Positions 52,986-64,000 of a DNA stretch of 64,000 nt are shown here, in pieces. The stretch covers positions 744,001 to 808,000 of the forward strand of contig NW_020847747.1 of NCBI RefSeq assembly GCF_003704095.1, given 5' to 3'. Source of the DNA: Pocillopora damicornis. Its lineage: Eukaryota. The translations under genes and the position numbers were made by a program. Positions within the stretch are counted from its first letter, which is position 1; the number at the start of each line of letters is the position of its first letter. The notes below the pieces were generated by a model. It made no database searches, was not told the DNA's origin, and saw only the letters and a program-made list of their open reading frames with translations.

Positions 52986-55900
52986 ATGCCTTCTGGCAAG
53001 ACCAAGAAGCGCTCTAATAGAATTGTGATAAATGTTGGTGGAGTGCGACATGAAACCTTTCTGAGTACGCTTAAGACCATTCCAGATACACGACTGTCTT
53101 ATCTTGGGGATCATCACACCACAGTCGCTCGAACACCGGAATATGATACCGTGAAGGAGGAGTACTTTTTCGACAGACACCCGGGGGTTTTCACACAGAT
53201 CCTAAACTTTTACCGTACAGGGAAGCTTCACTGCCCTTCAGATGTTTGTGGTCCATTGTTTGAGGAAGAACTCAGCTTTTGGGGTATTGATGAACAGCAG
53301 GTAAGTCGCCCTTGCAAACATTGTCTGGTGTAAATTGATGATAACTCCCAGACAATATCATCAATACATGAATCAAAGACCTTTCCAAATATGCTATGAG
53401 AACGCTTGGTTGAAATTTAGGTTCAGAGATACAGATACAGATTAATAGTAATGTGGTAGGTGCATGTGAGTTGATAATTCATTTTTGCTTCTATTTTGTT
53501 ACTTTGAATTCCTACTTATATTCAACTGATCACGTTTTCCTATTCTTTGAAATAAGAATTATTAGTAAATTGTTTCGCTCCTAATAAAATGAACAAAATC
53601 GCCTCAAAATATCACTTACTGTCGTGAGAATTCCATGCATAAACGCTTTACTAAGAAAATAATAGTTTGTAGAATTTTGATGGAAATGAAAACTGTTCAG
53701 TGAAATTATTCCCGTTGATAATGAGGAAGAATATGTCTGTCACCAAGTATCTCAGTGGTTGGTAGGCATATTGCAAACTTCAATCGAAAGCTAACTATTT
53801 TGCTAAAAATAAACAAGAATTAAGGACTCAAAATCGATTTGCAAATCGTATAGCATTTCACTGACGTACTTTCTCATTATACATTTAAAGACAAAAGCGG
53901 ATGTTTATTTTAATCAATTGTGACGCTCGACTTTCCTAGCATTCAACTGTTGGTTGAAACGAATACTAAGACGTTGAGCCCGGATCATGACTGTTCTCAA
54001 TTCACCGTCTGAAAGCATAAGCACCTAAAGCGGGTGTAACCTTGCTTTTGAAATTTCTTCATGCTTTTTTTTCGGGACTGTAAACATAATTTTTTTAAGG
54101 GTCTATATAAATTTACTCGCTGCCTTATCGTACTTATTTGAAGACACAGCTGCAGCAAAAATAAAGGAAATATCAGTATGGTTGATTTTCATGGCATCTA
54201 TTGCACATTAAAAAGTCCAAAAATATTGTGCAATAACACAACAATCATTTGCAACAAGCGTGTTGCGTCCCCTTATCTTATTAATAAAGCTTCTGTCAAA
54301 ATTGACTTTAAAAGGAGCTACCAGGCCATTATGTAATGCTGTAAATCTTTAAAACTCCTATTTATTTTGGTTTCTATTTACTATCTCATAAGCTCAAACG
54401 CTTTTTCAACACTGTTTTGTAAATACCACCCCGTGCATTTTTTCTACTCGTGTATTAGGCTTTGTATAATAGATGCATTTATTCTGTCGCTAACGCAGAT
54501 ATGTTCACAATAGAGATGATTTCAATATTTGGAAACAGGTGTCAAGCAACTTTTACCTTCTCACTTTGTCGAAATTTGTGCTCGAACCAACAATTGGTCA
54601 AGTGAACAGATTAACACCTAAAACGCATCATTTCCTTGAGAAAAATGAATAAGCGAAAAAAATTTTTTGTATAATTTATTAGGATTTAACGTGTCAACTA
54701 AGTACAATTTGCATCAGGTATTGCCCTTAAGTAAATTTATACAGAAAAGATAAAGTGCAGACAAGAATCTTTTCTGCTGCTAAATGGCCAACGTAAGGCA
54801 CGTAGGGACAAAAAGTTTTTTTGTGGACTTGAGAAACAACTCATTTCACTCTTCAGTTAAGCTCTAGAGAAAACTAAACCGCAATAAGTACACCTGCTGT
54901 ATGGTAAAGAAAACATAATCCTACAGTCTATGGCGCTGCGACAGCTAGATGACAGCATATTCGAATTCATTTTAAATATTGTAGCGCTGCGACAGCTAGA
55001 TGACAGCATATTCGAATTGATTTTAAACATGGTAGACCTCGAGTAACTGAAAAATCTTGAATAGGACGCGATCAAAATGAAAATTTAATAACAAGCAATA
55101 TAAATATCCGCTCTGAGTCTTAATATTTGGCGCAGTCTAGCAATGACTGATTAACATGTTGTGCACATTGGATATAACTGTTTCTTACAAAACTTTTTTA
55201 GTTCGTGTTACCGAAAAAAATACTTCAAATGACTTTCAGTTACTGACTCAAAGAAAAACCTTTGTAATAAGTTCATCAAGTCCAAGGCTGCTACTTCCTG
55301 CTTATATCTCAACATGGTTTAATGGTTTTATGTCAGGTAAACTTTGTGAGCTACTTTGATCAGCAAGAACTGCTCTCTTACACACACACACATTACGGCG
55401 GAAAATATATTGAACCCACTTGGTTGGTAAGGCAACGGACAAGTTTCTAGGGCTTATCAATATTTGTAGTTTACAGAAAAGATGTTAAGTGAAATGTAGG
55501 TTGATGAAAGAAACTGTTCCACGGCGACATGATTTTCAGTTGTCGATTTATCGTTTACAAGACATAACGTCACATAACTGTCAATTACCTTCAAACAACA
55601 CGCACTCGTGGAATTGATGTTACATATTTCTAATCCATTGTAGTGTCGTAATATTTACCCGGCGACACCTTTTCTAACCATTACCGATAGACAATCAAAT
55701 ATCCTTCCCATCGTCCATCCATTGATTCTCTAAATTATTCCTCAATTTTAATTCAAGTCTTTTATTATTATTTTTCTTTTTAACGACACAGGTCGAAACT
55801 TGCTGTTGGGAAAATTATAAGCAACACAAAGAAAAACAAGAAAAATTAAAATATTTCAAGCTTCCTGGATACGAGGAAGACCCCGAGGAAAGATTTCTGT

Positions 55901-58900
55901 CTGAGGACTCGGGACTCTTCGAAGACGTTGATGAAGTACAATCATGGTGGTCGAGATATCAGCCCAAGGTCTGGAAGAGCCTTGAAGAACCTTACACGTC
56001 CTCTTGGGCAAAGGTAGTTAAGTGGTATTTTAATTTACCAGTTTACAGCTTTACCTCAAAGTTGAAAAACGTCGAGTCCTTAATAAAAAAATTGTGAATA
56101 CACATAACCAATGACCAGACCAAGCATTTGCAATAAAATTTGATGACAAATACTGGCGCAGAGTTAAGTTGCCAGCTGTATTTGTGCTGCGTTCATGAGC
56201 TTTGAACTACCTTACTAAGACCTACATTATTTGAAGTCTGTTATTTTCTCGCACGGTAGTACACTTGACGCATGGAGGGAAAGCAAGGTTAGCAAACACT
56301 TAACTGGTGTTTGAATGGTGAGGGTTGGTTAGAGACACACCCTGCTCTGTTGATCTGTCTCATTCTAATTTCTTCTCCTCTAAAAAAAACATACTTTTTC
56401 CAAGAGCGTTTCGGGTAAATTTGTTAAATAATATTGCCTTCATCGATAATGTTCCGGATTTTGTCCACATCTGATGGGAGAAATAGTACTGGACCCATAC
56501 TAACAGAAATGCAAAATTACTCTTCCTTCACAGCTGGTGGGAATTGTCTCGTTTGTGGTATTCACAGCTTACATTATCAAATTCTCTTTGTCAACTCTGG
56601 AGTACTTCAGCGACAAGACTGCTCCTCAATACATAGCCTTATCAGTGACACACCTCATATGTATCTCATGGTTCACGATGGACTTTGCTCTTAGGCTCCT
56701 GTTTTCACCCAAAAAACTCGCCTTTGTCAAAAGTCCCTACACGTGGACAGACTTGATACCTCTGGTGCTGTTATATGTATTCTTTTTCCATCCGTCCATG
56801 GAGGAGATACCATTTTTAGAGATGCTTGTCATGTTAAAAGCTGCGCGTATTTTCCAGTTATTTAAACTGTCTTACGTTCTTCAAGTGCTTGTTAATACCC
56901 TAAAAGCCAGCTCTCTTGAGCTGTGTCTCCTGCTAGTCATTACTGGCTTCGTTATGGTTGTGTTTGCAAGTGTTGTGTATTATCTGGAAAGACATGACTT
57001 AAATAGCGACTTCAGGAGCGTCCCTGAAAGCATGTGGTGGGCTGTAATCACTATGACAACGGTGAGTTCATTTCTAATATGTGCAAGATGGGTCAAACCT
57101 TAAATGAAACGATTAATAGAGGAGACGGAGAGTAATTTAATAACCAATACGTTCGTTATGGTATGTAATGTTATGTGTTTCGTTCAATTTTCAGGTCGGC
57201 TACGGTGAGGTTCATCCTCGCACATGGATTGGAAAGACTGTTGGTAGCGCATGTGCAATATGCGGGGTGCTGGTCATTGCTCTACCAGTATCAGTGGTCG
57301 CAAGTAACTTTTCCCTCTTTTACACGTACGCCAAAGCGAGGCTCAACCTACCGCCTAAAAAGCGGCGGGTGGCTTTTTCTCATGCTCTCACGTCCATGCA
57401 TAACCAGAGATCACAAGAGGGACCTGAAAACAGCACACATGCGAACTTTACGTCACTGTGCAGCGAGAGACAAACTGAACGAAGCTTTCCGTCAGAGATT
57501 TCGATAAGTTGTTCCATAACTCCCAGAGGAAGTCTAAAGAAATCATCTTTTTGGTCGCTGCGTTCGATGACCAAACTACTAAGACCGAACAGACGAGCTA
57601 ACGTGAGTCGGAGCAAGTCTTTGAATTCTGTTCTTTCAGATTACAAGCTAATGAAGGAGGTACCCGTAGAAGGCATAACGTTGAAGTTCGAACCGCCTTC
57701 GAGAGTTCCCTCCGCCGCTGATATAACTAAAGACCAACCAGAAGGTATTTATCGGTATAGCCTGTATCTTCTATTTATTGATACCTCGTGTAAAATCCCT
57801 CAAGCTTCTCTTTCTAATGAAGCATCTAATTGTATTAAAACTTGGGAGCAAATCTTGAGTACTCTTCCACAAAATGAAGTTTATAGAAATGAAGCTAGTT
57901 TGATTTGTTGTATGCCTCTTAATGAAATGATAGACTACGTCTCTCAACAAGACACAAAATCCAGACAGCTCCACACAGGGGGCTAGCCTACTCCTAAGTT
58001 CAGACCGAGTCTCCTGTGGCTCAGCGGTAAGGCATTTGAAGTATTACTTGAAAGGTCGTTGCCTGCTGTTGAAAGCTCCCGAAATTGTCTCCGTTGCTAA
58101 AATGCATCATCACTAACAACATTCTTATGGTCATTTAGACTGATATAGTTTAACTTTTGGACCCATTACAGGAGAGAATGCTCTGCTTCACGTGCCAGCG
58201 GAGGAAAGAAGAAAACATTCAACGAGAGATTCTCAAAAGGAAATCTCAAGGCCATCTGCGCTAATAAACAAATCACTCTACCCACTCCACCTTAGACGAG
58301 GAGCCGTGTCACCAGCCTCATTCAGCCTAAAGAGCGCGTCAACAGCTTCTAGTTTAAACGCACTTCCAAGAGGATACAATGAGCTTTACAATGCACTTAG
58401 TGGTAAAGGACCTATTATTCTCTTGTCAGATCAAGCCAGCGTGCAAAGCCTTTGCTCGATCAACTCACGGATGACTTGTTCGTGTTCAAGTTTGAGAAGC
58501 GCCGGAAGTGATGGCACGATTCCCGATGTGATTGGTGAGAACCGAACGCGCATGGGTAGTGATGGAAATTTTCCGTTTAGTCCCACCGAAAAGGTCGACG
58601 GGATACAGGCAACATTAACAGTACCCGTAGAGTCTCATGGAAAACGAAGAGATGATACCGAGAGTCGTAACAGCGTCAAAGAAGCCGATTATCCCCTCGC
58701 ACCGAAAGAACACAAGAAATGCAGAAGGCATGATCATAGAAACAAAACTGAGGAGGATGAGTTTGTACCAGTTGAATTTATGACGATACCAAATGTAACA
58801 AATGGTGAAAAGCCTACAAGTTACGATGGAAACCTTGGGATAATTTGTCAGAACAACACAGCCGAGTCACAAAACGTGGATCAAATCAATACAAATTGGC

Positions 58901-59640
58901 AGCATAATCAGCAGCAAACAAGTCCTCCCCAACCTGATGTAGAGGAAAAAAGTCCGCCAGACAAGGATAACCTCTCGCGAGAAGATGGTCAAGAAGATGA
59001 AAATATGTCACTCGAGAAAGTTGTCCCGGACATTAATGTACCTGTTAAACCTGTTCCAGTGATAGGGCGGGCCGCGTCCGCTTTTTCTATCATGGAATAC
59101 AGCATTGGTAAAAATATCACGTCATGTAACGACGGAAGCCAACCAGCGGAGAATAACTCAACTCGCAACGACATTGGGCGTAAAACCCTTCAGCGACGTC
59201 ACAGTGCCTTCACTCCCTGTCATGACAACACAACACCGCGCAGGGGACATTTGAGTAGCAGTTACATGAATAGTCATGTGAATGAGCGTGAACCGCTAAT
59301 TAATGGAAATGTTATGCGGGCTTATGATTCTATTAGAGAAAAAGAACAAAGCATCGATGATAAAGATATTCAAGACTGGAAAAGGATGAGGAAAACCGGC
59401 GTACTTTCTTGTCACTTGCAAACAAACCTTGAAATTCAGAGAAGCAATCCATCTTTGGAGGAAAGTTCAAATATGACTGAGAACAATTCTGCACATGAAA
59501 GTTCGAACCAAGAAAGAACATTCCAATCTTTCCAACCATTTTCGTCAGACACGGAATCAACAACCTCGGAGTGTAGCCCTAAGGGCCCCATCACAAATGT
59601 CGAGCACGAACATGAGAAAACCAGAACATCAAGGGTTTAA
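52986..59640 (+). CDS. Voltage-gated K+ channel, Shaw/Kv3 family, probable regulatory subunit (paralogue B), ~1027 aa, 5 coding exons
   Basis: Exons 52986-53300, 55792-56013, 56534-57061, 57195-57744 and 58172-59640 (3084 nt, phases consistent). T1 domain [11 protein letters not shown]...FFDRHP...[24 protein letters not shown]|VETCCW; pore [11 protein letters not shown]|VGYGEVHP; S6 [16 protein letters not shown]; very long low-complexity C-terminal tail. Confidence 0.9.
54933..55034. repeat. Direct tandem duplication, 2 x 51 bp, possibly inside a small TTAA-flanked element (54861-55119)
   Basis: GCGCTGCGACAGCTAGATGACAGCATATTCGAATT[C/G]ATTTTAAA[T/C]AT[T/G]GTA occurs twice. TTAA at 54857-54860 and 55120-55123 with weakly inverted ends. 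Confidence 0.8.
57945..58120 (+). mobile_element. Degenerate tRNA-derived SINE-like repeat in the last intron of Shaw paralogue B
   Basis: A-box-like TGGCTCAGCGGTAAGGCA (~58017-58034) followed by GAAAGGTCG and a decayed B-box; no foldable complete cloverleaf. Confidence 0.55.
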
Positions 59641-60428
59641 GAAGCGCTTTCTTGTCTCTTTCTCATGTAAAACAAATACAGTTTTATTCTACTTGTATTT
59701 TCTCTTCTTGTACACGGAATTTCCAGTGCAGTTGTGATCAAAGCTGATAAAAGATATTTTCCGGTGGAAAAAACAACCAGCCGATTCTTATAACATGTAG
59801 CAAATATGATTAAATAAGGAGAAACAATGTTCGCGTTAGACTTTGGCCATTTCGTAAGTTGAGGAAGGAAAAGAAATAGTTCTTAACAAACAGCACTTAG
59901 TCTGTTATAAAGTTTGGGTAAAGATAAAATGATGAAAATTTCCGAAAAAAAAAAGAATTGGTCTTATTTCTTGATATCATATGGCCTGTGTCTTTGAAAA
60001 ACATTAAAGAGCAATTACTGAAATTTACTTGTTTTTTCCTCTAGAGGAACGTTTGAGGTGTGTTTTACAACACTTTTCCTCTAAAGACTGTAATTCAGGG
60101 CCCCCACTGGCATCAGGATTAAGCCCAATAAATTATTTACCTAGATTCCAAAGAAACTAGTAAGACAATCAATTTTGTCTTTGTCGTCATTTTGAAAAAA
60201 AAAAACAAAACAAAACAAAATGAAAGGAATAGGAACAGAGATTTCCCAAGGAAATTATTAAATTCTCGTCAAATACTTCAGTAACTTAGTCTTATCTCAT
60301 CCGTTTTCTTTAAGGATTTCCATCAAAGTTACTCATTGTACGGAAAACTACTAAAAAAAGAATGTAAGTTGCTTAACGCCATATTACAATCTTCTAAGTT
60401 CGGCCTCAGTCTAACTGTACGTTACTAT

Positions 60429-61757
60429 TCATTTTGAAAAAGGTATGCCCGCCAAAGCTACCTGCAAGATGCGATGTAGTTTGACATTCATCTTTGGCGG
60501 ATCATAGCAATCCAGAATTTTTATTCTCTCATCCAATCGGCTGTTTATTCCTTTGAGTGCTTTCCTAATATCCTCCATTTCTCGATTAAAAATTTCCGAC
60601 CGTAGAGCACGTCTTTCCTGGTCGCGCTTTAGCTGCTGATAAAATGTCTCTTTTTTACGAGTACTTTGCTTTAACAGATTGTTCTTGGTCAGTTCCTTGT
60701 GATTTTCCTTTAACTCGTTGATGGCTTCCTCTCGACTGTTTGCAGAAACTTCCCTTCTTCCCTGACTGGTTTGTGAAATCCTGGGCAACTTATTCGCGGA
60801 AAGTTTCTCCTTAGTAGCTTTTGAAGTAGTATTGGTTCCACTTTGGTGAAATGAAAGCTCTTCAGAAAACATTCCAGAGAAAGAATTCCTTCGTAAAGTC
60901 GCCGGGCCATTAAAGAACGATTTTTCACTTTCATCAGATGGACTTGGGGGGACTGTATAGGACGATCCCTGAGGAATAACCAAATGACTGACCGAAGACG
61001 ACATAACGGGGCTTTCGTCTCTATCAACAAGTTTGACATCCGTAAGCGTCGAACTTTCCTCCTCAGTGATTGCCACTATGCTCAGCTTTTTACTTGTTTG
61101 CTCTCGCTCGGTACCAGCGCCTTCGTCCTCGATGTTAATCCTCGGGGTTCGTTCCTGTGGCTGATCTTCATCAGGCGTCCGTATGTACTTGCTGTAATTT
61201 TTTATGACATTCTCTGCCAGCGAAAGCCTACGGTTTAATATTTGGGAATGAGCGTCTGTGGAACCGAAGGTGTACTTCTTTTCAGTTTCTATCCCAGTGG
61301 ACGGTGTCTGAGGCGCTGACAAACGCCGCGTGGACGGAGACGGAACGCAACGAGAACTTGGCGGCGACTTCTCTGGAGCTTTATTCTTTTTGTTATCGAC
61401 TGATGTTGAAAATCTCTTTTCAGGACTGGCCGTTTTCAAATAAACAAACGTTTCTTCCTCTTCTTCTTCGTCTTCATCTCCGCTGTTTCCGTCGCTATCA
61501 GACCTGGAAGTTTTCTCGCTCTGTTTTTTCTTCATAAAGCTCTGAAAGCCTTCTTCGGAATCGATAGATTCAAAAGATTCCTGTCCAGTCTTGGCCAACC
61601 TCTCACGAAGTCTCGCCCAAGCAGTAGCTGGCTGATCCGACTGTTGATGAAATTGCTGGCGCACCAAACTGCGCACATAGTTACTGCTTCTCGACAAATT
61701 TCCTAAATGAGTCATTGATATTCTCTCAGAAGCCCAGTCGTCATTTTTTTCACCCAT
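60429..61757 (-). CDS. Uncharacterised 442-aa single-exon protein; Ser/Glu-rich, probably disordered, with C-terminal coiled coil
   Basis: 1329-nt ATG-initiated ORF in AT-rich DNA in a good start context (AAAAATGG); acidic tract DEDEEEEEE; helical C-terminus (NREMEDIRKALKGINSRLDERIKIL). Confidence 0.8.
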   Translation of the reverse strand: MGEKNDDWASERISMTHLGNLSRSSNYVRSLVRQQFHQQSDQPATAWARLRERLAKTGQESFESIDSEEGFQSFMKKKQSEKTSRSDSDGNSGDEDEEEEEETFVYLKTASPEKRFSTSVDNKKNKAPEKSPPSSRCVPSPSTRRLSAPQTPSTGIETEKKYTFGSTDAHSQILNRRLSLAENVIKNYSKYIRTPDEDQPQERTPRINIEDEGAGTEREQTSKKLSIVAITEEESSTLTDVKLVDRDESPVMSSSVSHLVIPQGSSYTVPPSPSDESEKSFFNGPATLRRNSFSGMFSEELSFHQSGTNTTSKATKEKLSANKLPRISQTSQGRREVSANSREEAINELKENHKELTKNNLLKQSTRKKETFYQQLKRDQERRALRSEIFNREMEDIRKALKGINSRLDERIKILDCYDPPKMNVKLHRILQVALAGIPFSK

Positions 61758-63261
61758 TTTTCACAGAACGGACCCCTTCAACGGTGAAAAGTAAAGCAAT
61801 CTTTGGTTACTAAGGCAGGCAACCAAGTAAATGCTTATCGAGACAGCAATCAACAAAGACTACGACAGCGAACTTCCTTAAAACACAAAAAATTTGATAA
61901 CCACGCTGTGCAATTGCGGTTATTTCTCTAAAGCACGGATCCAATTAACTGTACCCTTGCCTGTTATCTCCACATTGTTCGTATAAACTTATCCGCTATT
62001 AGCCCGAAAGTATAAACAGTTTAGGCAATTAAAATATGAAACAAAAATATCTACGTCGACACAACTGATTTCCTCCAAAACTCATAAATGTGGTTTTCAG
62101 TGATAGAAAGATAACATAGCATTGTTTTTGGCAACGAATTCTCTCATAATAGTTGCTTACAAAGCTGCTTTTTAAAAACTCATATTCTTCTTTGATATTC
62201 TAAAACAACGCACTTCAAGAAACATCTGCTGTGAGGTAAATACAAAAGTGTATGAGCTTTGTGAGGAATAATCTGAGCTTGAAACCACTTCACCCTAAGA
62301 TTTAATGTGATAATATCAAACGTACACATCACTCAATGGTAAGTTGACCTATAAACATGTGACACCTAGAGACAAACAACAGTACATGGTTTCTAACGAT
62401 GTAGTAACCCTTGGTCATGCTGTGACTTTAGCCGCATGCCGCCACAGGCTTCTTCGATGCAGTACTTCCAACAAATGAGCGAAATCAATAAAATAAGAAT
62501 TTTATTACTGTCTTGTCCAAGTCAAAGAAAAATATCAAAACGAAAGGAGTCGTTACGAATACACTAATAGACTGTTTTTTTACAAAGCTAAATGAATGTA
62601 CCGTTTTATTGGTCCAATGTTTTATTTCCTCTTTTTCTTTCCAATCATTAGAACTACATGTTAACGCATTTGGTTGATAAAATCGAAGGTGAAATAACAT
62701 TGAAATTTGTTCTGACAAATTAGGAAAAAATGGCTTTATGTGTGAAAAAAAAACTGCTTCATCCGAATTCTTGTGTAATTCACCTGTTCATAATTTCTGA
62801 AACAAAACGAAAAAAAATCCTCAAACAAGTACAAATGGCAGAAAAAATTCCACAGAGAGTATACCAGTTTTCACGGTTCTATGAATGAAAAGGTTAGTGA
62901 CTCGAATCGTATATATATTCGTGTCACGTGCGAATATTTTAAGGAAACTGAGCAGGGTCTGCCATCCTCTATAAACTATTACATGTACGAAATAATTCAA
63001 GCAAGTTTGTGAATGAAAGTGGCTATCAGTAATAACCTCTATGGACTTTTATTGAGCAGTTTACGACTACCGCGAAACAAGATTCCATTAGACATTCAAC
63101 TAGATCAATTATTAGATAACAATAACAGAATGAATGATAGAACTTTATATAGAATATAAAGCTATAAACACTGAAAAATAAAAAACTAATAATTTTTTTT
63201 AAATGATTTAGAAATATTTAAAATAAATTTACTAGGACGATTGCGTAGGAATTTGTTTGTT

Positions 63262-63493
63262 CAATAATATAATAATAATAATAATAATAACAACAATGTT
63301 TTACGAGGAGGCCTCCAATCACCCGATGGTGGTTTTCAGGAGGATCCTCATAAAAATTTTAAAAATAAATTACCAAAAAAAACCTAAGACTACAAGCTAA
63401 AGTAGAGGTTACAATAGTTCAGTAGAAAAAGTTTCAGTTTGTGTTTAAAAATCGTTTCTGGCATCAGTCTTCCTTCTGTATCAAGGGCAAATT
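63262..63493 (-). mobile_element. 5'-truncated non-LTR retrotransposon (CR1/L2-group LINE) 3' end with (TTA)n tail
   Basis: The minus strand reads ...ALDTEGRLMPETIFKHKLKLFLLNYC, matching the typical ORF2 C-terminus pattern FKxKLKxFL. It is followed by a short 3'UTR (GAGGATCCTCCTGAAAACCACC...GGAGGCCTCCTC) and a (TTG/TTA)n microsatellite tail at 63262-63297. Confidence 0.65.
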
Positions 63494-63591
63494 AGATCTG
63501 TTATGTCTGTAACAGACATAACAGAGTAGATCTGTTATGTCACTCTGTTCCTCTGCATAACAGAGTAGACCTGTTATACAGTGTAGATCTG
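63494..63591. repeat. Short palindromic / inverted repeat cluster
   Basis: Perfect 14-bp inverted repeat TCTGTTATGTCTGT-A-ACAGACATAACAGA (63497-63525), plus repeats of CATAACAGAGTAGA[T/C]CTGTTAT. Confidence 0.8.
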
Positions 63592-64000
63592 TCAAAGTCT
63601 CTGATAAGTACATCATTAACATCTATTGGGGTATTTCCACTCAGGGAACCACTTTAAAATGCTTAATAAACTAACTGAAGATTTTGTTGTTCTTCCTGCA
63701 AGGTTTTTTGTCAGTTAAACACAAACATAGAAAAAACTTACCTTTTGGATCAATCTATATTTCCTTTATACAAGGCCTATCACGTGATTTTCTTGTATAT
63801 GTTTTTTGCTTGTATTTTCTGTAGGGTCTGGTGGAGAAAAAGAGCAACAGTAACAATATAAGAGACAATTCCTGAACCAAATTAACTGTAAAAATTACAT
63901 TTAGCAGGTAACTGAAATAAGAAGTCACACAACAACTGTCTTTAAAACTGCTAATGACCCACTTGATGAAGTCCTTGATTTAAAACTTGATAAGAAATTC

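Noticed and set aside
58010-58090. tRNA gene
   Set aside because: Only an A-box-like segment; no intact T-arm or acceptor stem, so treated as a SINE remnant.

Overview
Intron-rich, AT-rich animal genomic DNA from a draft assembly with N-gaps; gene content and repeats suggest a cnidarian, probably a stony coral (inference). I built seven gene models by hand, checking GT-AG sites and reading-frame phase. (1) A 22-exon polycystin-1/REJ-family gene (704-20815, minus) with the order signal peptide, F5/8C, 5xEGF, SEA-like, REJ, GAIN/GPS, TM, PLAT, polycystin channel; it has two candidate signal-peptide first exons. (2) A small 3-exon orphan gene, head-to-head with (3) an FBXO22-like F-box/FIST gene. 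(4) A TTLL15-like ATP-grasp ligase with an N-terminal signal-anchor and Cys-rich tail. (5-6) Two tandem Shaw/Kv3 K+ channel paralogues with altered gate, voltage sensor and (in the second) filter-adjacent residue, probably regulatory 'silent' subunits. (7) A single-exon disordered orphan ORF. Non-coding structure includes a ~2.2 kb foldback element with a G-rich 7-mer satellite expanded inside one terminal arm, a TTAA-type MITE, SINE and LINE remnants, and minisatellites. No CRISPR, rRNA or intact tRNA genes were seen. Family assignments come from recognising motifs, not from database searches.
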